A stretch of DNA of 64,000 nt, taken from NCBI GenBank assembly GCA_028534125.1, contig CM052816.1, positions 17,238,001 through 17,302,000 on the forward strand, given 5' to 3'. The notes under the pieces are model-generated. The model made no database searches, was not told the DNA's origin, and saw only the letters and a list, made by a program, of their open reading frames with translations. Below are positions 38,284 through 50,750 of this stretch, piece by piece (position 1 is the first letter of the stretch; every line of letters starts with the position of its first letter). This stretch comes from Lama glama (taxonomy: Eukaryota). Position numbers and translations under genes: made by a program.

Positions 38284-38939
38284 TTCTCACGTTTAAAACA
38301 GGGCTAATCTTCCCTGCTTATAGGGTTTTTGTGAGGACTAAACGAGAGGGGTACATGTCAAGTCTTGAGTACAAAGTCTGGCCCACAGTAAATAGTCAGG
38401 GGATGAGAGCTGTTATTCCTCTTCAAGGGATGTTATCTTAAGTCCAAGGAGATGAGGGACGTGAGGCACTTTATGAGCTTTCAAGTGCAACACAAATGCC
38501 ACGGGTGATTATCCTCTTGAATCTACTCAGGAGTCCTGAGGGAAGCCAGGCATTACTCTGGATAAGATGCTGTTCTCTTTACCTTTTGACTTTTTTGGGC
38601 CGCAAGTTCCTTTTCATTTTCTGCCTGGCTTCCTGTGCTGGGGGCCCTCTAAGCAGAGAGAGGAGAATCTACTCATTGAGTGGTCCGGAATCTGAAAGGA
38701 AGTGTTGGTGATACAGGTGTGGGTAGGCCTTAATTTAGTTCTGGTCTTGCTTAGTCCCTGGTGACCTCTTGGTAATAGTGACCACAGAAGATGTGGAAAT
38801 GGCTCCAGGAGAGGCCCAGAGCTGTAATTCTTGCACAAGGTACCCTGACTGACTTTCTTCTTGACCTTGAAACCAAGGACTCACAGAGCTATAGTTTGGT
38901 AACATTGGCATAGGCAATGCGAATAATAACCACTAATGG

Positions 38940-39150
38940 TTTCTCAGTGCTTATTACAGGCCAGGCTCTCTGCTAAATGCTTGTTATTCTTTAACCTTGA
39001 AACCTAAAAACCTTGGGAGGTAGGTACTATTATTATCTTCCTTATACAGATGAGGAAATTGAGACTTGTAAAGTACCTTGCTTAGGGTCATGTTTCTGGT
39101 AAGTACACACAGACCCTGGTCTGTCTGATTCTCATGGTCTGCGTTCTTTT
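38940..39150 (-). mobile_element. MIR SINE
   Basis: 'gtgcttattacaggccaggctctctgctaaatgc...gaggtaggtactattattatc...tacagatgaggaaattgagac'. Confidence 0.8.
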
Positions 39151-42100
39151 CACCGTGGTCTTTGCACTCAGCTATGCATTAGAGTCACCTATGAAGTTCA
39201 TTAAAATTCCTGCTCGTTGGACCCTTAATGCTATATGTGTGAGGTGGAGCCTGGCCCAGTAGTGTTTTCATTCTTCCAGATTTATTGAGGTGTAATTTAT
39301 GTAAAATAAAATTCACTCACTATATGTGTCTAGTGTGATAAAATGTAGTAGTTGTATAAAATTATGTAAGTGTCATCACACTCAAGATATGGAACATTGT
39401 CATAACCCTAGAAAGCTTCTTTGTGCCTTCTGATTGCTGATACCTGTGATTTTAACCAGCTGGGCAGGCGGTTCTGATGCACCGCTATGTGTTATGGTGC
39501 CTGCAAACGTGAGGAACTGAAGATGTGGAGAAGGAGGATAAAAGCAAGAATAGAAGGAAAAGATACATAAAAGGAAGAAAGACTGATCTCGCTGTCTCCA
39601 GATAAGCTGTGCTGTATAGTCCCCTTGTGGAGAGTTGGAGTGTGGAGAAGAGAACACTCTAGACCAAACCCACTTCAAAAAAACTACAAAGATTCTTCTG
39701 ACATGGTTTCTTCTTAAGTCACATAGAGCTGGAGGATTCTGAAGTTCAAGTCTATGTACATGGCTGGGTGAATTGCTTTGGGATGGAGAAGTGAGGCCCC
39801 TAGGTACAGTGGGTATGCTGTGGGAGAAGATTTGGGTACAGGGAGGAGGGCTGGCAAGGGGGTCAGACACTACAGCTGGGAGTTCCAAGGATGGGACCCC
39901 TTCTTCCGGGCAGACTCTGGTTCTGTGGACTTTCCTCTATTGCGAGAATCTGAAAGCAACTCTCCTTAATCTGAAGTCCAGTCAGGGAAAGTTAGCCTCT
40001 GGTGAGCCAGTTCAGGCTGTGGCCCAGAGAACATTTGGATATTAAGGTAGAAAATGTAAAGTGTAGCTCTGATAGTAGGGGAGATTAGGGTGGCAACTTT
40101 GCCCCGGGAGTCTGGAGACTTTTGAGTCTGGGCTCAGCTCTGGCCCTGGTTTTGCGAGGTGGCCTTTCTTTTCTTGATGTCCTTCTCTGAGTAGTCTCTG
40201 TTCAGCTTACTTCTTGTGGGGAGAGTGAGTAGGGAGTACAGTGTCCAGGTGATAGCAGTATGTTTTCAACACATACACTGTAGTGACATTGGTTACCACC
40301 GCACAAATAGGTTGCAGAGGAAATTCTGTAAAAATTTTATACTGCCTCTCAGTAGTTGTGTGTTGAAACCTGAATATGCTCAGCCCTTCAGTATTTCCTT
40401 TTCTGACCTTTTGTTAAATTTCTGTCTGGTGTGTTAGATGTGACACTTCCCTGGTTTCCTATATGGTGAAGTTGTGAGTGAGGGTATGCCGTTGTGAGAG
40501 ACTCATCTTATTCTCATGTCCCGTTTGTGAATCACCCACTTGTCTTCCTGGTGAATGTCTGAACTCTGGCACGAAATCTGGGATTCAGTTTCCTTGTTTG
40601 TGATGTTTAGCTTCTGGTCCCTGTGATTCACTTCTAGAGGAAATATCTGGAGCAGAGCCATGGGGCTGATTAGGAAAGGAAGGGACAGAGAGGGAGAAAG
40701 ATATGAGGGGTGTTGTTGTGAAAGGAAGAAGCAGTGATACAGGGCTGTAGGGTGTAAATAAAATCACCTGGGCCTCTTCTTACGTGAGAAAGAGTGAGTT
40801 GGGTAACAACCTAACGACCTCATCTAAGAGGACATTGTGGTGTCGGGGGTAGGGGGTAATCTTTGAGAGTAACATGCTAGCCAGTTTGAGTTCAGGGGAC
40901 TGTATAAAGTTTAAGTTATTCTTAGTTTCTATTACCTCAGTGTCCTTCCTGCCTCCCTGTGGTCTCGGGGTTTTGAGGCAGTGAAGAAATTTAACAGATT
41001 GGAATTATAACTATAATAGATTCACTGAGCATCCCTCATACTTTCACATTAATCATGTTATCCTCCCTAAAGCCCCCTCAAAATTAAAGTCCAGTAAACA
41101 TTTAACAATCTTACAGGGTAATCTAATGAGAAGAAAAATGGAACATTTAAGACATTTTTAGAATCATGTGATTTTAGCACTGAAAGGGTCTCTAGATTGT
41201 CTGGTCTGACCCTGTGTTACGGATGAGGGGCTGAGGTCCAGAGTGGGGAAAAGACTGACTGAAAGTCATTCAACTAGCTAGTGGTAGTAAGTATGGGTCC
41301 TGAAAAGCACAGATGTGACACACAGGGTTCCTGGATTAGAGATACTCACGTATGATTTTTCTGAGGCATCAAGGAACTTCCATTTTTTTGGTGGCTAATC
41401 AAACACCAGTGGCTGATTGCCCCAGTTACCTCTATTCCCCTTGACTGTGGTGGCTATGAGAAGCAGGCTGGCCTCCAGCCTGTCCCAAGATGATGTTTTA
41501 GCATTAGGGTGGTCTAAATTGTGGCTCCAGCTGGAGATTATATGTGGGAGGTCTTTGGCTGGAGATGGGGATTCAGTGGGAGACTTAATGTTTGGGGCCA
41601 CAGCTTAAGTCAAATTTCAGCACAACAAACTTTAGGAAGGTATTTTAGGATTATGCTTTGGAATTTGTGGTCTTTCATTATGGCCTCGGGAAATAAATGT
41701 ATGTAGTATCCATTGTGATGGCTTTACTGCAGTTTCATTTCTTGCAGTAAAATAGTGTTTGTTTCAGTTTTACCTATTTCTACTAGTTCTCTTTTTCTGA
41801 TTTTTCTCTGCATTCTTCTCAGTTCTGTTAGGCTCTTTCCCCCTAATTTTTCTCTGTCTATCAGACTCACAGAGCTACTGTAGATTTTGGGAGGAGCAAT
41901 GGGAACATGAGCTATAACCTACAAGTCAATTTCCCCAGGTGGATAAACTCCACTGTAAGCCACAAAGGGGCCTCCTCATTCCAGCAATCTGGCCAGGCTG
42001 ACAGGCTCACAGCCTATGGGGGCAGGGGAGGAAGGTGGGGGCTGGTATTTCTTGGGTTAGTGAGGAACTGCCTGAGCCTTTGGAGTCCAGGCAGAGGAGA

Positions 42101-42515
42101 TGGGAGCCCTTGGAGTAGGCTAGTCGCCTGGGCTGGGAATGCCTGGGCATATGTGGAAGCGACTGGAAAGGTGGCACCGCACTTGGGTCTCCAGAGCTGC
42201 GCTGTTCCTAGGAGACGGAGGAGCAGCAAGCCCGTGGGGGAGGGGGAGCAAGGGGGTTGCTGCTTTTAGCAGCTGAAAGGGCTGCAGGGAGCTCTGGGTA
42301 AGACATTTTCTGCTGCTGCTGCTGCTTCTGCGGTAGAAGCGGCCACGAGTAAGTCATAGGAAGGAGTGTTGAGAGGGAGGAGGCTTCATCTGCAGCCATG
42401 CTGAATCACTGTTGCTGATCAGATCTCCCGCTGGTTGGCTGGGACTGAGAACAGAGCTAGGATCCTCCAGTGCATGCACAGCTCAGCGGCTGCCACCCCA
42501 GCTGGGCCTCGCACA

Positions 42516-42529
42516 ATGGAGGGTGAAAG
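42516..42529 (+). CDS. KLHL3: Kelch-like protein 3, coding exon 1 (M-E-G-E-S, 14 nt)
   Basis: acaATGg AGGGTGAAAG|GTATGT gives a good Kozak context and a canonical donor. Phase 2 joins the exon at 56173 (AG+C = Ser), giving MEGESIKPSSQPPIQAGDDEKNQRT..., which matches the KLHL3 N-terminus. Confidence 0.9.
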
Positions 42530-42541
42530 GTATGTATGTAT

Positions 42542-42544
<3 letters not shown>

Positions 42545-42586
<42 letters not shown>

Positions 42587-42590
42587 CGCG
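42545..42590. repeat. (TG)17(CG)6 alternating purine-pyrimidine repeat
   Basis: Read directly; starts 15 nt into KLHL3 intron 1. Confidence 0.95.
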
Positions 42591-43006
42591 CTCGTGTGTT
42601 CGCGTGCTCGCGGTGCAGCTTTTGTGTTTGTGTTGGTTAGGCAGGGTCGGAAGAGCTGGCTACTGATGGATCCCAGTGGGCGGCAGAGAAGCTGGGAAGC
42701 CCCTTTCCCCAGGGATCTGGCTTCCGCAAAGGCGGGTCTGGGTTTGCTGGGCAGTAGAGCACCCTGAGAGAAGGGACTTCCTGGCTGGGGTTAGGAAATA
42801 GTTTCAGCATGGACTGAATCAGGATCGCCTTTCTCAGGCTGTTTCAAGGAGGCGTTTCCCTTTCCTGGCTACTTTCCCGGGTGGTTTTTCTTTGGTAGGG
42901 GCTTTTTGATGTCATAGCAGGGATGGCCTGGCAGAGACAGCTTGCATTTTCACTCTGAAGTGCTCAAATCCTCAGCAAGCATGCTGTGCTGATGTCTTTC
43001 CTAAAA

Positions 43007-43042
43007 GTGTGTGTGTGTGTGTGTGTGTGTCTGTCTGTCTGT
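43007..43042. repeat. (GT)n(CTGT)n microsatellite
   Basis: Read directly. Confidence 0.9.
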
Positions 43043-45179
43043 ATACCTGTATACCCACAGAAGTTCAAGTAAGAAGGAGAGAAATCCATTCAGGTGACAT
43101 TTGCTCTGAACTGCTTTTCATTTGCTTTGAAAAGTTTATGAAAGATACTGGAAGTTATATTCTCTAGAGAAATTCTTGCTCCTACCATCAGGGGTTTCTT
43201 ATGAAAAAGAAATGAACAGAAAGGAATTGAAGTAATTCTGTTGCTCTGGATCTAACTAGCGAGGGTTTGTTCCCTGGCAGGTGCATATATTTCAATACAT
43301 TTTAAACTGTTATCTGAGAATCTGATTCTTTCATTGTGAAGGTGCTCAGTGCAGTGCAGGGGCAGGTCTTTCCTTTGCTAAAACGGCTCCTGTTCATTCT
43401 GTGGGTCTGCGGCTGGGTGAGAATCAGGCTTGCCGTTTTCCTTGAGGTGGGAAGACTACAGGAGAGGTCAGACCATGGCAGTGGACTGCTAGGGAGGGAG
43501 GGCAGCTGCTCTGAGTTGCCAGTTTGATTCAGATGGCAACCAGCTGGTTATATGATAACAGGTTCAACTAAGTCAACACTGTCTGGAGAGTACCTCCGTG
43601 AATGTGAGCACTTTCTTTTGCATGGACTGTTTCAATTCTTGCATCTCACGGGGTCGAATGATGTCATCAAACATCTCTAGACCCCTTTAGACCTGGCATG
43701 ATTGCTTAGTGTCCTCTTGTCTGAAGAGGACCCAGGGACTATGTTTCTTGATGTGACTCCCATAGGAAGAGTCTGGGACTTTTTAGATGGAGAGTGCTGC
43801 TGGTACAGCCTCTCCTTGAGCGCCCTTTGCAACAGCACCTTGGTGTTGGACTCCACGTGGCCTGCTGGGCAACGGACCATCTGAAAGCCTGCTTCCTTGG
43901 GGCAGAGGTGGGCAGTGTGCTCACCTCCTGCTGATCTGGTAGCTAACAGAAAGGCAGGGGTGATGTGAATGGAAGTGTCGGGATTCTGCACCAGGCCTGT
44001 TTGCTTTCACATTGGGGCTGAAAGGTCCACATGAAACTAGCAGCAGCAGATCCAGGCATTTTGGGGTACGTATTATGTTCCCAGTTCTGTATTCAGAAAT
44101 ATAATGAGTCCTTGCCCCCAGGAGTTCTTCAGTGCCTCTTATCTGGGATGACTGATGTCTTTGTGTTACAACACCCACTTTGTACACATGTTCTTTTGCT
44201 TTTCCTCTACTAAAGGCAGAGAAATCCAAACCAAGTGGTTTCCAGTGTTCACCGGGTCACCAAGCTCACTACCTTTTGTTCCCAGTGTACCCTTCCAGGC
44301 ATTCAAGTCTTCTGAAGTCTGGCTCCAGGCTCCATCCCCACCACTCACCCATACCCCTACCCCTACCGAGAGATCTCTGGGTCTCTTTTATGATCACCCA
44401 TCCTATATACTACTCCATCCAGCCTCATCCTTAGCTTCTGGAGTTCCTTTTGCCTGGAATGCCTTTCCTTTCCACTTTCCCAAACGTTATTCATCTATCA
44501 AGGCTGTTTTAAAATTCTACTTTGTCTTGGAAACCTAAGCTCTTCTAGTCCTGGCTGATGTCCTTCCTAATTCCAATACCTCTAGTTTGTGTCTCTTAAT
44601 TGGGTGCTGAGTGATAGGCCCAACCCACCAGATGTTTTTGTGCTTTTGTTTCATATATCTCATAAGTCCCCAAACTTGGAGATAGGTCCTCAGAGGCAAG
44701 GATGGTGCTTGTACTTCTGGATACTTCGCATAACTGCTGTGTGGCTGCACACATAGTAGGTGCTAGATAGTTATTTGCTGATTAGCTGATAACTTTTCTG
44801 GAAGCTCTGATAAGTAAAAAGAAAGTAGGCCAATAGGTTCATCCTTGGATATCAGCCTTATTATCTCAGCACGGGTAATTGACCCCATGGAATGCTTTGA
44901 GGTAGGGGCAGAAGAGGGGGAAGTGGCCTTGTTTCACAAGTTTCCTGGGAAACCCAGGGCCAGAGAAGCTGAGTGACTGGCCTGGGATCACATGTCAGAC
45001 CTCCAGAGACTGGAGGGATCATGAATCTGGTGCTTGTCCCACACTTAACCCACTGAAGTTTAATTGGGGCTGTTTTTAAGCATTAAAAAATTTCAGCCAA
45101 GAGATTCCTAATGAACAATTTTCTTTCTTTGCCATGAGGGTATGAAAATAACTTCTACCTTGAAAGGCTGTTAATTAAA

Positions 45180-45420
45180 GCATGAGCTTTGGGGTAACAT
45201 AGACCTTGCAGTGGATCTCCTTCGTAAACTGTATGACCTTGAGTTTGTCACAGTTTTTCAGAATTAGGTGTTCTTTTCAATGTAAAGGCAGTACCCACAG
45301 TATCTGTATCTCATAGAGTTGTGAAGATCAAATGAGACAGTGTGTATAAAGCACCTAGTAAGTGTTTCTGACGCAGAATAAGTACTCAGGAAATGGGAGT
45401 TGCTGTGATTGTTGGTGTTC
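45180..45420 (+). mobile_element. MIR SINE
   Basis: 'aaagcatgagctttgggg...ctgtatgaccttgag...catagagttgtgaagatcaaatgagacagtgtgtataaagcacctag'. Confidence 0.75.
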
Positions 45421-45922
45421 ATCTGTTGCCCCATGATTTGTGCTTGGGTATGAACCAAGCCTTATTTTAGGGCCTACTTGTATTCACCACCCAAAGCAGA
45501 TTATGTGGGACCATTCTCATGAGAAAATTAGAGAGCTTTTCAGGTCACCATCTTGCTTCCACCTCAGCTGTCTCCTCACAGTAAGCTACCACACAGGGCT
45601 CGGCACTTCCTCTGCTGGGTTTTACCGACACCTCCCTTAATCCTCCTTTTTATAGACACCCTGAAGCATCTGGATGCTTCAGTGGTTTGGAACCATGAAC
45701 TGGATACTCCTTTGTTCAGGCCAAAATTTTAAGAACCTGTGAATTGGCAGTCACCTTTGCTGTATCCCTAAGCACTCCAGCAATCTACTGGACCTCCTGA
45801 TGCCAAGTTTCCCATCTGCCTCTGTGAAGAATCACTGTGGCTTGATCAGCTAGAGGAAGATGACTTTGTCTTCTGTTTTGCCATGGAAAAGGGTCTCTGG
45901 CTCTCAGCTGCTACAGTGATAA

Positions 45923-45924
<2 letters not shown>

Positions 45925-45958
<34 letters not shown>
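45925..45958. repeat. (TG)17 microsatellite
   Basis: Read directly. Confidence 0.95.
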
Positions 45959-45964
<6 letters not shown>

Positions 45965-46049
45965 GAGAGCAGATAGACATTGAAAATGACAGTCACTCTG
46001 GCTACTGGGATTTTATTTCACTTCTGGAAATCAGTCTTGTGAATGGATT

Positions 46050-46320
46050 ACAATACATTTCTCACTTATATGATGTATCTGAAATAGTCAGATTCTTAGA
46101 GACAGAAAGTAGGGTAGTGGTTGCCAGGGGCTGGGTAGAGGGAGAAATGGGGAATTATTGTTTAATGGACATGGAGTTTCAATTTGGGAAAATGGAAAAG
46201 TTCTGGCAATGGATGGTTGCACAACAACATAAATGTACCTAAAGCCTCTGAATTACACTCCCCGAGATGGTTCTGGTGGTAGATTTCACATTACATATAT
46301 TTTACCACAATTTAAAAAAT
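46050..46320 (+). mobile_element. Short L1 3' end (L1MB-like)
   Basis: 'agagacagaaagtagggtagtggttgccaggggctggg...tatattttaccacaatttaaaaa'. Confidence 0.8.
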
Positions 46321-47889
46321 TTCCAGGCACTGTCTCTGGCATATCCACGAGAATTGCAGGGAACCACAACTTTTGGAAGAATCATCACAACAAGGTGATG
46401 TCGGTTGCCCATTTCCTGAAAACTGTGGTGGTTTTCTCTATCAGAAGCATCCCTGATTGCGAGGGGCACTGTGCACCCAGCACTGTGCTGTGAACTTGTG
46501 CAAGTGGTCCTCGTAGAGGGAATGGCTCATCCTTACCAGGGAGAGCCTGTTCCTGGACCTCTGAGAGCTTATCTTTTCACCCTTGACCAGAAAGAGCTGG
46601 ATCATATTTTTTGAAAAGATATGACGTAGATGGTCAATGCTCTCCAAACGCTGAGTTTCACAACACCAGGTAACATGCTGGGAGGACCAGGGAAGAGCAA
46701 GTGTGGAGCTCCCTAGCCTTTCTCTCCTCCCACGGTGTCGCTCAGTCCTTGCCCACCCCTAGAAGGCACAGTGGAGACTTCTGTAGAAATGTTTGGGCAT
46801 CACTGCTGCCTGAAGCGTATGTACATGTCAACCATGATAGCTGAAACCAAATTTTCCATTTTGGAAATAGTTTTTGGTGAAGCAAGGTTTTCAACTGTAA
46901 GAAAACAAAGTCAGTTGAAAGACAGCTCTTGATTTTCCCACACCTAGGTTTGAGTTTTTAGGATTTTTGCTTCCTGCTAGGTTTTAGATTGTTAAGACAG
47001 ATCCAGACAAGAACATTTTAGGGATACGTTTTCTAAACCAAGTGCTTTATTTGATGAAATTTGCCATCGTAGAACTGACCTCATTTTTTTTCAATTTCTG
47101 GATAAACCCTAAAACTGGGTTAGACTGAGAAGAGCATTAATGAACTATGTAAAAAATAACTTGAACATGTTTTGTTCTTAGATTTTTTTCCCTATTAAAT
47201 AAGTTCAGTGGATCTCAAGTTAGAAATCTCTAACTTTTTATGATTTAATAGGATTTTCAGAATCTCAGCCTAACTTTCCTGGGCTTTGCTTTTTAACTTG
47301 TGAAAGTCTATCGTAGCTTCTATCAAAACCACACATGGAAGAGCTCAGCTCTCCTATTCAAACCAAATAGAAGCTTGGCTTCCAAAATGCCACATAATGA
47401 GGGCTGTGTTTCTTTTTGTCTTTCTCCCTCTTTGTCTGTTTCTATCTGTCTAAACTCAAGCATTTCTCTTATGTCTTACGGTTTTAGACAGCTCACTATA
47501 GAGGCTTTCCCCTGAGTTTTGAAGTAAGCTCTCTGTGAATTGGACTCTTAGGAATGTGATTTGTAATGTATTTGTTCTTGAGCTTGTTTATGAAGGAGCA
47601 TATTATAGGAATGGCAGCAGCTGTTGGCCAGCTTTGATGAATCATGATGGGTTTGTGTGAAAATTCCAAGTTCAGTACCATTAATGGTGTTAACTCCAGT
47701 ATACACTCCAATACACAGTCAGTGGACTGAATCTGTGCTATGTCACAGGTTCTAGAGAATTCAGTCTATTTCTTTAGGCTTGGTTTGGCCATACCATGAA
47801 GAACCTCAGAGAGTGAGTCACAAGGATTGAGCTCCCCTTGGGTCGATGGGCTGTGGATAGTATCCCAGGTTAGTTGGACATTGCTATAA

Positions 47890-48085
47890 AGAGCATGGGT
47901 CTTGGAGTCAGGGAGACCTGGGTTGGAGTATTTGGTTCTCTACTCAGTTATGTGGGACTTTTGGATAAGTTTTATCTCAGTGCCTCAGGAGAGAATAATA
48001 GTACCTGCTTCATAAGGTTGTTCTGAAGATGAAATGAGATAATGGAGGTGAAGTGAGATTTCAGTAAATGTTGACTATCTTAACT
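47890..48085 (+). mobile_element. MIR SINE
   Basis: 'gagcatgggtcttggagtcagggagacctgggtt...ataatagtacctgcttcataaggttgttctgaagatgaaatgagataatg'. Confidence 0.75.
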
Positions 48086-49499
48086 GTTACCCAGCAGCTG
48101 TAGCTCACTGATACGTGTCTTCTGCATGTCCGTGAAGCCTGCTGTAGGGAGTCCGCCTGATGCTGCTTCATGTGAACTGAAGTGGCACCACTGAAAGACT
48201 GTGGAACTCTATAGCAGCCTGTGTGTAGGGGAGTGCTTCTTGGTGACGAGCCTGCACCATCACGCCCTGAATCCCACTGTCTGGGTATCTTTGAGTGCTA
48301 GGTCCTTCATTAATCCCGATGCAGAAATCTAAATTTGGTCATTTTGGCCTTAAACTTGAGGACTGAAATACATGCTCATCTGCAGTTTGCCCAGAGCCCT
48401 GTAGGTTCCGAAGTCCTCTCTTGTCAGTGTTCCATTGCTGCCCAGACTTGGAGATGCAGAGTCGTGCTGATGAACTCATTATGAGAACTGGAGGTGCAGC
48501 AGTCAGAGCATCATTTTATTAGTTGGCAGTGAAAACTGTTATTGGTGAGATGCTCCTGAAGGCCTGCTACCACTTTGTTGCTTCCTGAAGGAGAACCATG
48601 GGGGAGGCCAGCTTGCTCAAGAGAAGCTGTGTTGTGAGCTTGGGGCTGAGTTAATGGCATTTGAGTATTTACAGGCTTCCAGTTCCACAACAGGGATCTG
48701 ACCGGAGGCCGAACCAAATGATTATGTGTGATGATGAAATCATTTTCTTTCATAGATAGTGTGGGATGAGGTGGACCAAGGGTTTTCTCTGTCTGATTCC
48801 TATTTTTCGATTTCCTCTTCTAAAGGACGTTTTCCTTGTTGTGGGATTTTAATGCATTTGGCATCGTCTTACTCTGACTCAGAGTTGTTTTGCCCTCTTT
48901 AGGTGACTTTGCTTCTCTTTATTCTGTCTCATCTAAAGCTTGAGTGTAATGTGTTTGGGCTCCATGTTTGTGGCCCGTGCTGCTTCCTGAACTTTATTTG
49001 CATCTCTTGATGACTTTTAGCAGGGATGCTGTTCATCACCCTTAGCAGCATTCCTTGGACTCCCCTTTTCCTCTCCTCCCCACTCTCTCACATTCTGGAT
49101 GCTCTGGAGCTCCTCACTTGGCAGATCCCCCCAAACACTTCTGCACAATTGGAAGCTTGGACGCTTTTCTGTCTCCTACTTTGCTGCCATGCTTTCTACT
49201 GTCCTTTCCTTTCCATTCATTGCCTGAATTTTCCTTAGTGATGGAAAGAGCCTAAGAACAGACACAGGAAGCAGCAACCTTTCTTGCTCTCTTCCTTCCT
49301 CTCTAGTCAATTCTGGCTTCCTATGGCTCCTTATTCTTCTGTTTGTGTATCATCAATGCAGGGTACTTGACTGGCTGAGAAAGGCCCCCCTACCACCCCA
49401 CCATGGGGGAGGAAGTTGAGAGAGATAAAGCTATAATTATTATAATGAGGGGAATTGAGGAGAGATGGAATAGTTGGTAGTTATACCTAATTTACTTAT

Positions 49500-50750
49500 C
49501 CATTCATTCATTTATGCAATAATCATTTATTGAGCACCTGCTGTGTGCCAGAGGCCAAGAATACAAAGGGAAGTAAGATACCATCATGGTTCTCATGGAG
49601 CTCAAAACCTCGGGTGGGCAGTGATGTGCTGGAGCCAGCACTCACCCAGTTGCAAGAGCTGCTTGTTAAATTTTCAGGAATTTTGTCAGTCAGTTATTAA
49701 ATACAGCTTTTATTAAACATTAAATGATGTAACTTACTAATTATATTAAAAACAAGTACAATAAATACTCAAAACCCATCACTTCTAAATTATTTTACTA
49801 AGGTCTATACCCTTTAGGTTATGTCTGTTGTATCTGTGTCATGGAAATACTATATGATGGTATAATGCACATCTCTTCCCAACTCCTGTGTTCAGTGATA
49901 TCACGTTGGTGGCTTGAAATCTGCCAGGGTGGAAGTATTTACACCAAGGGCTCCTTTCTTTGCAACCAACTGTTAAACATTTACCAGCATAAACTGTGGA
50001 GGAGACAGAGAAGGAAGAGGTAATTACAATATAATACGAGGGAAGCACAGAGTCCTGTGGGAACACAGAAGAAGGAAGTAAATCCAAGGTAGTGGAAGAC
50101 CTTCTGCAAGAGATCTGGAGGGCTGGTAGAGACGAGCTAGACATAGGGGACACTGGGTGGGATAGGGAAGAGGAGTCCAGTGTATTAGGCAGTTGTGAGC
50201 ATTTTCATACTTCAGTAACAAGATGTCTTCAGGACAAGGATGAGATTATGAAGGGCCAGGCTAGGTCTCTGAGATTTATTCTGAATGCAATAGGAACCAG
50301 AGATTTCACATAGAATGTGCTATGCACACAATGACATTCTGTAAAGATCACTCTGGAGTCTGGGAGGAAGTTATTGTAGTAATCCAGGCAAGAGATCATC
50401 GTGGCCTGGACTGAGGTCGTAGCACTGAAGTACCAGTGACTGTGAGAAGGGAATGGGGTGGAGACATATTAAAGGACATAGGACGGATAGGACTTGTGGT
50501 TGTATGTGAAGTGAGAGAGAGGGAGAGAGGGAAGACAATATTGAGGATGATACTCCAGTTTCTGCTTTGGACAGGTGTGTAGGTAGTTGGTTATGCCTCT
50601 GAGATAGAGAATACAGAAAGAAGAGTATGCTTGAGGGAGGGTGGGGAGCATCAGTTGAGTTTAAGTTACTGTGAAAAATCTAAGAAGGGTTGTCAAGACA
50701 GACACTGGATACATGGACCTGGAGTTTAGAGACTAGGGGAGGGTGGGAGA
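49500..50750 (-). mobile_element. L2 fragment interrupted by a hAT MITE
   Basis: Antisense L2 3' end 'cattcattcatttatgcaataatcatttattgagcacctgctgtgtgcca'; resumes after 49996. Confidence 0.7.
49619..49996. mobile_element. hAT-Blackjack MITE (MER63-like)
   Basis: Imperfect terminal inverted repeats cagtgatgtgctgg ... ccagcataaactg; the internal 'gagctgcttgttaaattttcagg' resembles recalled MER63. Confidence 0.7.

Noticed and set aside
45661..45682. 10-bp inverted repeat ctgaagcatc-tg-gatgcttcag
   Set aside because: Too short for a pre-miRNA and compatible with chance.
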